Of a DNA stretch of 64,000 nt, positions 9,672-19,791 are shown piece by piece. The notes under the pieces were generated by a model that was not told the origin of the DNA, did no database searches, and saw nothing but the letters and a program-made list of their open reading frames with translations. Origin of the DNA: a virus; IMG/VR virus record IMGVR_UViG_3300023276_000008, positions 20,952 through 84,951 of that record; one strand, given 5' to 3'. Both the position numbers and the translations under genes were made by a program. Numbering within the stretch: position 1 is the stretch's first letter; every line of letters starts with the position of its first letter.

Positions 9672-9953
9672 CTAAGCTTCAGGCACATTACCTACATCAC
9701 CTTGCATCATAGCTTGGAAATCTGCATAGTCTTCAACAATGTCTGTGCCAAAGTTATATACTGCTATATCTTTCTTCCCCGATTCATCAGTATTCCAGAT
9801 ATATAGATACCAATTATCCCTATGTTTAAATGGTGCTTCACCAGTCATTAGTTCATGAGGATATTCAAAACCTTTATCCCAACCATGAGGTGCTTCCATT
9901 GAAGACTCTACTAGTAGAGACATGGCTTGTTTGTTTTTGTCATATTTGTTCAT
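9672..9953 (-). CDS. hypothetical protein (possible head-packaged protein)
   Basis: 93 aa; TAAATA upstream; N-terminus ends ...LLVES. Confidence 0.6.
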   Translation of the reverse strand: MNKYDKNKQAMSLLVESSMEAPHGWDKGFEYPHELMTGEAPFKHRDNWYLYIWNTDESGKKDIAVYNFGTDIVEDYADFQAMMQGDVGNVPEA

Positions 9954-9976
9954 CTTAATGATATTTAGTGTTTATG

Positions 9977-10765
9977 TTACATCAACTGGTCAGAATAAGG
10001 CTTATCATCGTAGTTATCATCATATTCAAGGGGTTCCACATAGATGTATGGTTCTCCAGAGAAAATTGCAGCTTGAGTTCTATGATTACCATCTCGCATT
10101 ATAGCCCATATTGCACCTAAGTCTCCATCTCCATCTTCTTCAGCCTCTTTCAATCTCTGTAAAATATCCTGCAACTCTGCATACTCAGCTTCATGTTGTT
10201 CTACGATATCGTTAAACTCTTCAATATCATCTTCATACAACTCCTCTTGTAATCTAGGTAAATCTAAAGTATAATCATCATTCAAATACTCTCCCGAATA
10301 TATCATAATATCTCCTATCGCATCATCCCCATTAGCTAGGAATTGATCCAATTCTTCGTCTCCAGTGGTGAACGATCTTGAAATGCCCATATAGTCTGGA
10401 TTGTGTTGAGATGTTTTTACATCATCTAAATCGATATGTCTCACATCTGCGTCAGATGTTCTAAATACCACCCTATCGTCATGATCTCTGATATAATTAG
10501 CCAATACTTTCGCTTTATCATAGTCAAAAATATTATCTTCTCTAGATGTAACATATTCTGAGGGTATTTTTAAAGTTTTACCTGTGTTACCTATCCATAT
10601 TACATTACGCCCATAATATTCATCTTCATACTCATATGCTTCAGGTTTTTTTCCAGAATAATGATCTTCAAATTCTCCATCTCCTTCACTATCGGAAATA
10701 GCTTGTTTATGATATTCGTTGAACTCTTCTGAAACGAGTTTGTTGTAGTTTTTTAATGATATCAT
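9977..10765 (-). CDS. acidic protein with ParB/Srx-like motif
   Basis: C-terminal IMRDGNHRTQAA..SG...I.V resembles the ParB/Srx DG.HR motif; start reassigned to MISLKNY by TAAATA-N5-ATG. Confidence 0.55.
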   Translation of the reverse strand: MISLKNYNKLVSEEFNEYHKQAISDSEGDGEFEDHYSGKKPEAYEYEDEYYGRNVIWIGNTGKTLKIPSEYVTSREDNIFDYDKAKVLANYIRDHDDRVVFRTSDADVRHIDLDDVKTSQHNPDYMGISRSFTTGDEELDQFLANGDDAIGDIMIYSGEYLNDDYTLDLPRLQEELYEDDIEEFNDIVEQHEAEYAELQDILQRLKEAEEDGDGDLGAIWAIMRDGNHRTQAAIFSGEPYIYVEPLEYDDNYDDKPYSDQLM

Positions 10766-10786
10766 ATGTCTATTTAGTACAGACAT

Positions 10787-10819
10787 AAAAAAAGCACTAG
10801 GCTTTTATACCTAGTGCTT
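10787..10819 (-). terminator. rho-independent terminator after tail sheath gene
   Basis: AAGCACTAGG-loop-CCTAGTGCTT followed by T-run on minus strand. Confidence 0.85.
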
Positions 10820-10840
10820 GAAATTTTTCTTTATGTCAAC

Positions 10841-13141
10841 TTATCGGATGATCTCTTCGAAGTTAGCATCAGTTCTTGTTGCCACAAACTCAACGATGAT
10901 GAACTCGGCAGATCTTGTTGGCTTGAGTAACACTGTTGCTCTCAATTCGTTGTTATCAATTACTTCAGGAGTGTTAACTCTTTCGTCGGCAATAATCTGA
11001 TAATCATAAACACCACCGTTTTGCTTTGCATATTCCATGATAGGAATCAAAGTGTTTTCGAATCGTGTTCTTGTGAACTCAGTGTTTGGCTCGAATAGGA
11101 AGTATTTGGAAACCTTCTTAGTTGGTCGCTCAAGTGTTAAGAACAATCTACGAACGTTAACTCTATCAAACGCACTTGGCTTTCTGCTTAGAGTCTTCTG
11201 TCCCATTACCACAACACCATCTGCTCTTGAGAAGAAGATTGGGTTTAGGTTAGACTTATAAAGTTCGTCACGCTGCTTCTGGTTGGGTTTAACAGCAATG
11301 TCTAGTACGTTACGCATAAGACCTCTATTAAAGCCAGCAGGGGCTATCCACGGGAATTCGTTGGCATCTGTTTGTGCATAGATAGATCCTAAATGTGCAG
11401 AAAGTGGTGTCCAAATCTTTTGTCCTGTGAATTCATCATAAATCTTACCCCAGTTTGCATAAGCCGCAGCATATGAAGTGTTCTGGAATTCGAATTGGTG
11501 ACGAGTTGCCCAGTAAATGTCCAATTGGAAATTACGTTGCTTGTTATCAATAATCTTATTATCTCTACCAGTTACATAGATGTGTCTTAGTGGATCTGCA
11601 ATGAACATACAGTCACCACGACCACCAGTATTACTTGGTAGGTTACAGAAATTCTCAAACTTATTAAAGATTGTATTATAGTCTTCAATTAGATCAGAAC
11701 TAACTTCCTTAGAAGTACGAATCTTATCAACTGCGTCCTTTAGAACTGTTCCATATGCGAATTCGTCATAAGTAACATCACCAGTAACACTTGCACTACC
11801 ACTTGAAGCTGCCCAAATTGTACCTAGCCCTGCTTCAACCAATACATCAATGTCATAAACTTCGTCGTTCTTAATTGATTCCAACGCTCTAGTAACTTTA
11901 TCTGGCATAATACCAAGTTTTTTGTCTGTAGTGTTTGATACGTTATAGTTACCTAATGCGTACATATTATCACTGAAACCAACTGCTGCTCCTACTGAGG
12001 AGAGAGCTGAATATGTAACTCCGTCAAGAGCTTCACCTGTTGCTGATACTGAACCATAGTTAGTAAGTAGTTCCTCAGTCATAACACGAATCTTCTTAGC
12101 TGGCACTCCATCAACTGCTGGGTTAAAGTTGTTAGCAATATATTCGTTAACATGAACTTCAATGTTTCTGTTGTCTGAGTCTACATATTCAAGGAATAGA
12201 GGTATTGAAGGTCCGCCATTTGGATTAAGTTCTTGTCTGTTTGGATCGATTGAACCAACAAATGCTGAGTCAAGAGTGTAATCAATCTTGAATGCTTCAT
12301 TAGCATATTGAGATCTCTTCAACTTGAAGACACCAACACTTAGAAGATCATCATCTGTTCTTCCATCAATGTTGTAGTCAGTCACATTATCCATGATTTC
12401 TGAAATACTATTTGAAACTCCACCACTATCAGCGGTGAGGTTAAATTGAAGTGTGCCTTGTGGAACATCAGTATAAACATCTGACCCCGCTTGGGTCAAT
12501 GCTTTAACCTGTGTGATGGACTTGTGATCAACTGAAGGATCAACCAATGTATTGTCAGATACACCAATGTAGAAACCTTCAAACTTCTCATTTACAGTAG
12601 TTTGAGCCTTATCGATGACAACCAATGCTGCTCCTGACAATGCTGATACTGCGCTAAATGATGTACCTGCTGTTGAACCCCACTCAAAACCACCTTCTTT
12701 GATAGCATCATACTCATCTTCTGTGATGGACATGTGTGATGGCTCACCAAGAACAATAGTACCTTCTGCAATCGAGAGGTCTGTTGATGCTGATACTGCA
12801 CCACTTTCAATACTTCTTGCAGGATATGCAAGAATGCTATAGTTTGAGCCGAATCCATCGCCACTATCTTCTCCATAAGGAAGACGATATGTGTAAATCT
12901 GTGCTGGTGAATCAATAAGTTCTAAAATTGAGTGATAGAAATATCTTTCAGCACTGTTTTTTGGAACACCGTATATGCTCTCAAGTTCACCCTTCGACGT
13001 AATTTTAATTACCTCGTCGATTGGTCCTTGGTCTGCATAACCTGTCAAGAATATATTAGTTCCTACGTTCTGAGGAGCTATGAGAGAGAGATCTCTCTCA
13101 CGAATCTCTACCGCTGGACTGTTAAAAGTTCTAGTTGCCAT
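10841..13141 (-). CDS. gp18: tail sheath protein
   Basis: SPAVEIRERDLS N-terminus; PWIAPAGFNRG, QRDELY..NLNPI, GQKTL....SAFDRVNVRRLF, FEPN..FTR, LKPTRSAEFI. Confidence 0.97.
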   Translation of the reverse strand: MATRTFNSPAVEIRERDLSLIAPQNVGTNIFLTGYADQGPIDEVIKITSKGELESIYGVPKNSAERYFYHSILELIDSPAQIYTYRLPYGEDSGDGFGSNYSILAYPARSIESGAVSASTDLSIAEGTIVLGEPSHMSITEDEYDAIKEGGFEWGSTAGTSFSAVSALSGAALVVIDKAQTTVNEKFEGFYIGVSDNTLVDPSVDHKSITQVKALTQAGSDVYTDVPQGTLQFNLTADSGGVSNSISEIMDNVTDYNIDGRTDDDLLSVGVFKLKRSQYANEAFKIDYTLDSAFVGSIDPNRQELNPNGGPSIPLFLEYVDSDNRNIEVHVNEYIANNFNPAVDGVPAKKIRVMTEELLTNYGSVSATGEALDGVTYSALSSVGAAVGFSDNMYALGNYNVSNTTDKKLGIMPDKVTRALESIKNDEVYDIDVLVEAGLGTIWAASSGSASVTGDVTYDEFAYGTVLKDAVDKIRTSKEVSSDLIEDYNTIFNKFENFCNLPSNTGGRGDCMFIADPLRHIYVTGRDNKIIDNKQRNFQLDIYWATRHQFEFQNTSYAAAYANWGKIYDEFTGQKIWTPLSAHLGSIYAQTDANEFPWIAPAGFNRGLMRNVLDIAVKPNQKQRDELYKSNLNPIFFSRADGVVVMGQKTLSRKPSAFDRVNVRRLFLTLERPTKKVSKYFLFEPNTEFTRTRFENTLIPIMEYAKQNGGVYDYQIIADERVNTPEVIDNNELRATVLLKPTRSAEFIIVEFVATRTDANFEEIIR

Positions 13142-13169
13142 AAATGTATTTAATCATTTTCGATTAAAA

Positions 13170-13772
13170 TTAAGGATGTTCCTTAAATAACTCCTCAGAC
13201 AACAATTCAACGTGCATTTGTGAGAATAGAAAGTCGAATCCTGATATGATACGCATATCTCCCTCTGCTTGTTGATCAAATGTCAATCCTTTCAATGTTG
13301 TTGGAAATGCTTTAGTGAATGTCCACTTAATTCTCTTCTTACCAAACTCATCTAACCCGAAAATAGTAATGTTAGTTTGGTAATCTGAATATGATTGATC
13401 TACTGGCAAATTATCACTATTGTACTGTCCAGTCTTCTGATCATGTAGCAAGTTGATCCACTTGAATATACACCAATAGTTATTATATCCATTATCCACG
13501 GCAAAATCCACTGAAGTTGGCGGGAATGAATCTTTACTATGTGTGGAAAGATATAAGGTACTACCTACATTTCTAACTTCCACGCCTTTGACAGTGACAT
13601 CTGGAATAGCTGTTTTAAATAGAGAATATTGCACACTGTCTGGAATAACTGTGGAATTCTTCCTATTATATTGCGTTTGGTCATCTTTGAGGATTACAGG
13701 TATATCAAACACCATCAAGAATTTGTCTTGAGTGGCTTGATTAAAATAGCTTTGCTTTACTTCCGTAGACAT
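13170..13772 (-). CDS. gp3: tail completion / sheath stabilizer protein
   Basis: KF.MVFDIP...IPDV...DFAVDNGYNNYWCIFKW...ITIFGLD...FTKAFPTTL..LTF matches gp3 pattern. Confidence 0.7.
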   Translation of the reverse strand: MSTEVKQSYFNQATQDKFLMVFDIPVILKDDQTQYNRKNSTVIPDSVQYSLFKTAIPDVTVKGVEVRNVGSTLYLSTHSKDSFPPTSVDFAVDNGYNNYWCIFKWINLLHDQKTGQYNSDNLPVDQSYSDYQTNITIFGLDEFGKKRIKWTFTKAFPTTLKGLTFDQQAEGDMRIISGFDFLFSQMHVELLSEELFKEHP

Positions 13773-13776
13773 ATAT

Positions 13777-14514
13777 CTATTTATCAGTTAAACATATATT
13801 ACCTTCAATATCAAAGATGTTATATGAATCCCCATTTATTTCAGCATTGTGGGCAATTTGTAGATTTGTGTACGACTCGACATCGGGAATAATTTTTTTA
13901 ACTGTCGGATCAGTATATACCTCTTGTCCAGATGATCTATATTCATCTGTTGCAGAGCAATGATAATTAACTCCAGTCCACCCATATACAAAACTTGGTA
14001 TATCTGAGTCTCTCAATAGTATTTTATTGGGATCAATCTTATTTTGAAACTCTTGATCTTCACCATTATTGCAGTCTAGAGCATATCCACCAACATCAAA
14101 CCATAAACTCCTTCGAAATGACCAATTTCCCAAAGCTTGTTGATTGGGGCATAATTTCTCACAATACAAGGAGTGCATATTTTTATCTCTAATGAACTCA
14201 ACATGTTTACTTTTTTTATATATTTCCATGTGACTCTTAATATAATTTGGCAGCATGATACAATCGTCATCTAATGTGAAAATTATGTCATGATATCCAA
14301 ACTGAACCCCTAGATTTCTCTTATGGGGTAACAGAATTTTTTCGCTAATATTCATTATGCGAACATTAGGTACATCACACTCAATAGATAAATTCTTCTG
14401 ATCGTTTATTATCAATAATTCTACTTCATCATATGTCTGTTCTATGAATGATTGAACCACTCTACCCAAATATTCTACTCTATCGTATGTAGGAACTACA
14501 ATCAATGCTCGCAT
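13777..14514 (-). CDS. glycosyltransferase family 2
   Basis: VVPTYDR..YL...VQSFIEQTY...ELLIIND, KRNLG, LDDD (DxD), GGY..GEDQEF; start MRALIVV follows TAAATA-N5. Confidence 0.9.
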   Translation of the reverse strand: MRALIVVPTYDRVEYLGRVVQSFIEQTYDEVELLIINDQKNLSIECDVPNVRIMNISEKILLPHKRNLGVQFGYHDIIFTLDDDCIMLPNYIKSHMEIYKKSKHVEFIRDKNMHSLYCEKLCPNQQALGNWSFRRSLWFDVGGYALDCNNGEDQEFQNKIDPNKILLRDSDIPSFVYGWTGVNYHCSATDEYRSSGQEVYTDPTVKKIIPDVESYTNLQIAHNAEINGDSYNIFDIEGNICLTDK

Positions 14515-14614
14515 GACCATATTTAGTCGGGAACTACCTCCCTATAGGTGAATATTGAACATTTGCTAAGTTTATCTCTACCAAATCTGAGAGGTATATA
14601 GATGTATCCTAATA

Positions 14615-15901
14615 TTATCTCTCTTGTATTCTGATGAAGCTTAGTCCTTCAACTGTGACGTTGGTTGTATCTGAGTCATTTGAAACCCTCCAGTACATAA
14701 TGTCGTTAGTGTCTAACTCTACACCCACATTGATGACGAAGAACGCAACATCACGACCACCTTGGAAGTTATTCACTGGTCGCCTCTGTAATGTGTAATC
14801 TAACTCTACCTCAGAACTTGTTGAGTCATCCCACTTGAATACTTTTATTGATAGTTCGTCGTTTGCACCTCCGTCGATATTTAGGTTAGCTGTAACCTCA
14901 AACTCTCGCGGTGTGTCTCCTACGTGCTTCAATCCCCCACCAGCAGGTATCATCTCGAAATGCTGTAAGTCTCTCCCTAGCCATGTTCCATTTAATGGGT
15001 AGTATGCCCCAGATGTGGAAATGGTGGTTTGAGCCTCTAAAACTATCAAAGCTGTACCCCCAACATAGGTATTTGGGATTCCGTTGTTACCTTTCCAATA
15101 ACAGGGTAGATCTGAGTTTAACAAGTTTGGTGAAACATTAGTATCACTGGCATCATACCCACCATCTCTAGTTATCTCACAACCTTTTAATTGCATTGTG
15201 CCAGAGTTTGGGAAGTTGATAGGCTTGAAATCTATGAGTGGCGCAAGTGTTGGGAGGTCGCAGTTAATATCCGTTATGAATCTGGAGTTCATTTGAAACA
15301 ACGTGCCTTCTTTGAATAGAGGCTCTGTCATCGTTCCAGCAAGTGCGCGAACGATTGAGGTTGTGATTCTGAAGCCGCCTAACCATGTACCATGAAGAGT
15401 TAAGGAAGGAGAGCCACCGAAACGCCCTGTGCCATCTTCTAGTCCTTGTCTGTATTCGTAAATATCACCCAAACTTGTGCAGTCAATATAGTTGACGCGC
15501 AACAACTCGAAAGCATTGAAGCCTGTCGCATCATAAAGTTCGTAGACTTTAGAACCTGCGCCATCTGCCGTGATCTTTAGATCTTTCATTAAAAGATTGC
15601 CACTGCCGATAGCGATGGATTCAGATACAAACATGGTGTAGGCATCCTCAGATGATACCAAACCCGAAACATCAAAAGTGTCTCCAATGATAGATAGTCC
15701 AGTTGTAGGAACCGTGATTGACTGGTTGCCCATGTTGATAATCCCATCTAGCTTGTAAACTTTCGTGCTGTCTAAAACTCCGCTCAAGTCTGCTGCTGTC
15801 TTAACTAAGACTATATATTCTTGGTGTAGTTCTTCTAGAGTCACCCCAGAGTTTTTGATACTGTTGCCGCCTGCGCCTAATACTATTTCATTGTCGTTCA
15901 T
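14615..15901 (-). CDS. hypothetical beta-rich virion/accessory protein
   Basis: 428-aa ORF, Gly/Thr/Asn-rich; visibly more C/G-ending codons than neighbours. Confidence 0.7.
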   Translation of the reverse strand: MNDNEIVLGAGGNSIKNSGVTLEELHQEYIVLVKTAADLSGVLDSTKVYKLDGIINMGNQSITVPTTGLSIIGDTFDVSGLVSSEDAYTMFVSESIAIGSGNLLMKDLKITADGAGSKVYELYDATGFNAFELLRVNYIDCTSLGDIYEYRQGLEDGTGRFGGSPSLTLHGTWLGGFRITTSIVRALAGTMTEPLFKEGTLFQMNSRFITDINCDLPTLAPLIDFKPINFPNSGTMQLKGCEITRDGGYDASDTNVSPNLLNSDLPCYWKGNNGIPNTYVGGTALIVLEAQTTISTSGAYYPLNGTWLGRDLQHFEMIPAGGGLKHVGDTPREFEVTANLNIDGGANDELSIKVFKWDDSTSSEVELDYTLQRRPVNNFQGGRDVAFFVINVGVELDTNDIMYWRVSNDSDTTNVTVEGLSFIRIQER

Positions 15902-16069
15902 TTATGTTTCTATTTGGGGGTTTCCGAGTTCGTCGAATTGGATGTTTCCTAGTGTGTCAGTAATGTAATTATCAAATAATACTGGGGGTAATAAACTAGG
16001 ATTTAGAACACCAGTTATACCCCACGGGGATGATGTGTTAATACTCGATATATTTGGTATAAGATTCAT
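15902..16069 (-). CDS. small hypothetical protein (55 aa, not in ORF track)
   Basis: MNLIPNISSINTSSPWGITGVLNPSLLPPVLFDNYITDTLGNIQFDELGNPQIET; stop abuts next ATG (TAAATG); TAAATA upstream. Confidence 0.6.
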   Translation of the reverse strand: MNLIPNISSINTSSPWGITGVLNPSLLPPVLFDNYITDTLGNIQFDELGNPQIET

Positions 16070-16135
16070 TACTATACATTATTTAGTTGATCACACACAT
16101 TATTTATAATGCGCATCATTTTGATAAATATTAAT

Positions 16136-16435
16136 ATGTCAAATTATGAACATACAGATGACCCAAAATCATTCAAACAAGAACTCACCACAACTTTCAC
16201 ACAATTGAGTGCTCACGCATGTAGCGAGGTGTTAATTCTCAATAGGGCTGGAGGCAGCATTATGGTATTTGATAATAATAATTTTGGTGCAGATAATCAC
16301 ATCCTTCTATTAAATGGAGAGAGTATCATACTTCGTGGACTCAATAACTCTAATGAAGTAAGTGCTCAGACGTTAACTGCTACAGGTGATATCTACTATA
16401 GAGCAAATTACTTTAGTAACACGCCTTCACGTTAA
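16136..16435 (+). CDS. small beta-sandwich-like hypothetical protein (possible decoration protein)
   Basis: Start MSNYEHT after TAAATA-N5; EVLILNRAG..IMVFD.....ILL.NGESIIL. Confidence 0.6.
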   Translation: MSNYEHTDDPKSFKQELTTTFTQLSAHACSEVLILNRAGGSIMVFDNNNFGADNHILLLNGESIILRGLNNSNEVSAQTLTATGDIYYRANYFSNTPSR

Positions 16436-19296
16436 AGGAAATACTTTTCCATTGCTGGATCATATTCTTCCCAACCAGAGTCTAATCCTTCAACACCGCC
16501 AGCTACTGGAACCCATCCTGCATCAACCATTGATTCATACTCAGTGTCAGATTCTGACGATTGTGTAAACATCACTGGCTGCACTGTAGGGTCTGATGTT
16601 CCATCCAAATCATTGTATAAAGAATTACTGACCATATAATCACCAAGTCCCATATCAATATCCGTTATTTCTAGAGGTTTTCCGTGATCATCCAACTTCT
16701 CGATTTCGAAGTATTCTTCAGTAATTTCATTATGTAGTATCATCAATGCCCATATCACAGACATAACTCTATCATCGTGTTTACCTTCTTCAGCTTTCCA
16801 TGATCCATTCTTAGATCTGGCGAATGTTTTGAATTCTTCCAGAGTCTCAATATCTCTAAATGTAACTGCTCGTAATTCATTGATATAATATCTCTGATTG
16901 ACAACACCCTTATATTTTGAGTTCTGGTTAGCTCTAATACCCATTGTACCAGCAGTACCTTTTGCATTTGCAGAATCTGCACCCCATGCAACTAATTTAG
17001 GGTATTTGTAATCGTAAAATAGACGCTCTACGACACCTACACCAGCAGCATTACGCTCAACTAGTGCTGGTGGTAGACCCCACTGTTCAAGGATCTCGTA
17101 GCATACATCAGCGAACTCATATGGAGATATTCTATTGTTGTGATATATGGCGACCTGTTCAATTTCCCTAAGATCTGTAATATCGAAAATTTGTATAACT
17201 GAAGCGTCTCTACCAACACCTTCAGCAATGTCTACGCCAGCAACATATAATCTATCTTGAGGTGCTGCACTTTTCCAGACTTTATAACAGTCATCCATGA
17301 AGAAACCTTTTGGTGGTAAACATTTCATCTTCATCTCTGCAAATAGTTCTTCATTCAATGTAGAGGACCCATCATCAAGGAATGTATTATCAAATTCTTG
17401 TAAAAATGATCTTAGACTTCCAAGAGCTGCAATTTGTTCTTCTCTCCATTCTTCATCACGTCCTGGGATATCATTCCATTCTATTCGATGAGGGTAGAAG
17501 CCATTTGTACCTGCAAGCGCATCTGCATAAAGTTTGTAGAAGAGATTACCTTTTCCATTTGGAGTGGATGCAACAACTACTTTTGATTTACTTGATCTTG
17601 AAATTGTTGGATATACAGCCTTCCAGAATTCATCAACAATGTGAGAATCGAGGAATGCCATCTCGTCAATAATCAACATGTTAAGTGATTTACCACGAAT
17701 AGCGTTTGTTGTTGTGGCTGTGATACCAATAGATGAACCATTCCCAAATGTAGCAGATGTTTTCTGATATTCTACTGTGGCTGGCTTCAACCAGTTGGGA
17801 AGTTCTTCATATGCAAGACGAACACGTTTAAATATCTCCGCAGCAGTTGCTTCTTTGTTCGCAGCAATGATGATTGATTTATGATTGAAGAAACATGCTT
17901 CATGTAGTGCTGCAATAGTCATCAAGGTTGTATTTGAGGTAGGGATATGAGTTTTTCCCACCAAATATAAACTATCTGGAGAATCAACTGTAATACAACG
18001 CATTGGCACAGATTTACATGGTCTTATATCTTTAATATAATGCCATTGATTTCTTTTATTGTTTTCTGGATATGTTATGTCGTTGACCTCTATACGATCT
18101 GATTTATGGGATAAATATGCCACTTTCTCTCTTGGGTAGAATGAGACGTAAGAACACATTCCATATTCCTTATCCCCTATCTTAGCCATCTTTTGTCTAA
18201 ATGTTGCCTTATATCCTAATGTGATGGCAAGTTCTTGTACTTGCCTAGCAAGCATTTCATTCATTTGAGAGAATACACATTCTCCTCTTGGCGATACATC
18301 TCCATCAGAATCAATAAGACCTCTCATTAATTCTAAGCGTTGATCTCTTGAAGCAAGAAGATATATGTCTGGAATATGTTTATTATTATATAGATTTTCC
18401 TCCTTTAATAATGTAATCCGCGGTAGTAGAGTTTTATCATGTTTGGACGATAATCTAATAATACCACATCTATCAGGAGACGTTTTCCCTTTATATACAT
18501 TTAGGTGAGGATTTCTCTCAGACAACATCAATAATTGTTCATCTATGTGTATATTATCTACGGAGATTGACATGCCATCTGAATTTCCATCCCCCAACCA
18601 TAATCCAAAGGTATATGGTTCTATTGGTAGGGAGTCATCATAAACCCCAGACACCCCATTAACACATGATGGTATTCTATAGAATGGTTCAGGATTCTTG
18701 GTATTGGTCATGAAATTTGAGAACATTTCTTCTGTAGTATATTTCTCTCCACGATATGTATATAATTCCTCTTCTGTTGGTGTGGAACCCTTTCTCCTAA
18801 TCCATCTAAGTTTTTCTCTATGTGTTTTTGTCTGAGCAAACCATAAATGTTCTGAACAAGCTTTCATAACAACACCATTATCAAATTCAATTTCATATGT
18901 CGGAGAATCTTCTACGATGTCCCACGCTTTAACAACATTGCACGGATTTCCATCTTGACCATAGATCACATCTCCATCTTTAAGATCTCCATTCCTAAGA
19001 TATCCAGATGGTGATGGTATAAGTTCATCACAATCTAAACGCTTACCAGCCTGACGAGGACTTAGGAGAATATTGAATCTATTATCATTACAACCTGCAA
19101 GGATCTTCTTCTGAACATCATATAGATTGATATTTACCTTACCTTCATCAGGATCAATGATGTAGAAATAGTTCTCTGCAAAATATAACATGGAAGCTTT
19201 ACACTTCTCAATCTCTTCATATTGTTCGGGTGTATATTCGAAGGTAGCATCTATTGTAGGGAGATGCTTATTACCCATATATCCTTGTTCAGCCAT
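16432..19296 (-). CDS. gp17: terminase large subunit, intein-containing
   Basis: YFAENYFYI, Walker A RQAGK/TT split by intein, IRGKSLNMLIIDEMAF, STPNG.GN.FY, GVDIAEGVGRDAS, HDDRVMS. Confidence 0.97.
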   Translation of the reverse strand: MAEQGYMGNKHLPTIDATFEYTPEQYEEIEKCKASMLYFAENYFYIIDPDEGKVNINLYDVQKKILAGCNDNRFNILLSPRQAGKRLDCDELIPSPSGYLRNGDLKDGDVIYGQDGNPCNVVKAWDIVEDSPTYEIEFDNGVVMKACSEHLWFAQTKTHREKLRWIRRKGSTPTEEELYTYRGEKYTTEEMFSNFMTNTKNPEPFYRIPSCVNGVSGVYDDSLPIEPYTFGLWLGDGNSDGMSISVDNIHIDEQLLMLSERNPHLNVYKGKTSPDRCGIIRLSSKHDKTLLPRITLLKEENLYNNKHIPDIYLLASRDQRLELMRGLIDSDGDVSPRGECVFSQMNEMLARQVQELAITLGYKATFRQKMAKIGDKEYGMCSYVSFYPREKVAYLSHKSDRIEVNDITYPENNKRNQWHYIKDIRPCKSVPMRCITVDSPDSLYLVGKTHIPTSNTTLMTIAALHEACFFNHKSIIIAANKEATAAEIFKRVRLAYEELPNWLKPATVEYQKTSATFGNGSSIGITATTTNAIRGKSLNMLIIDEMAFLDSHIVDEFWKAVYPTISRSSKSKVVVASTPNGKGNLFYKLYADALAGTNGFYPHRIEWNDIPGRDEEWREEQIAALGSLRSFLQEFDNTFLDDGSSTLNEELFAEMKMKCLPPKGFFMDDCYKVWKSAAPQDRLYVAGVDIAEGVGRDASVIQIFDITDLREIEQVAIYHNNRISPYEFADVCYEILEQWGLPPALVERNAAGVGVVERLFYDYKYPKLVAWGADSANAKGTAGTMGIRANQNSKYKGVVNQRYYINELRAVTFRDIETLEEFKTFARSKNGSWKAEEGKHDDRVMSVIWALMILHNEITEEYFEIEKLDDHGKPLEITDIDMGLGDYMVSNSLYNDLDGTSDPTVQPVMFTQSSESDTEYESMVDAGWVPVAGGVEGLDSGWEEYDPAMEKYFL
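17932..19041 (-). mobile_element. intein (370 aa) with LAGLIDADG homing endonuclease and class-3 motifs
   Basis: Inserted between RQAGK and TT; starts RLDCDELIPSPSG, block B ACSEHLW, LAGLIDADG motifs FGLWLGDG and RGLIDSDG, block F MRCITVD, ends IPTSN/T. Confidence 0.92.
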
Positions 19297-19299
19297 AAT

Positions 19300-19791
19300 C
19301 TATTTTCTCATTTCTACCACGTAACCTTTTTTGGTTAGAAGTTTATATGTAGTAGTTGATCCAGACTCATAGATTCCAATTATCTTATAGTCTTCAACAG
19401 TATCAAAAAATCCCGCAGTATCTATATTTAGAGGAATTTTGAAATAATTTGTGTTTCCATTACTATATGTAATAAGAGCTTGTATGATTGTTGATAGAGA
19501 ACTAGCCTCTGAATGAGGGTATATTACATGGTCATATAGTTGTCTAGCGAACGCAGATTCCTTCCCTCCGACAATACTCGGTATGACATTATTTGAGCCT
19601 AATATTTCACTAGCCTCAAACTCTTCAATAATCCCATCACCCCAGTCAATAACTAATGTGGTTGGTGGTATAGTCTCGTCAATACCACTCAAAGATATCC
19701 CAACAGTAGTGATATCATTTAAAGATATCTCTGGAAGTGTTTCTACATGGTTTGAGGAATTAGATGATAGTAATATTGTGTAAGTATTCAT
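19300..19791 (-). CDS. hypothetical structural protein (PKD-like IDWGDG)
   Basis: 163 aa, coupled to neighbouring genes. Confidence 0.6.
   Translation of the reverse strand: MNTYTILLSSNSSNHVETLPEISLNDITTVGISLSGIDETIPPTTLVIDWGDGIIEEFEASEILGSNNVIPSIVGGKESAFARQLYDHVIYPHSEASSLSTIIQALITYSNGNTNYFKIPLNIDTAGFFDTVEDYKIIGIYESGSTTTYKLLTKKGYVVEMRK

Noticed and set aside
14521-14614. tRNA or ncRNA in one of the larger intergenic gaps
   Set aside because: No cloverleaf or T-loop motif; only short inverted repeats
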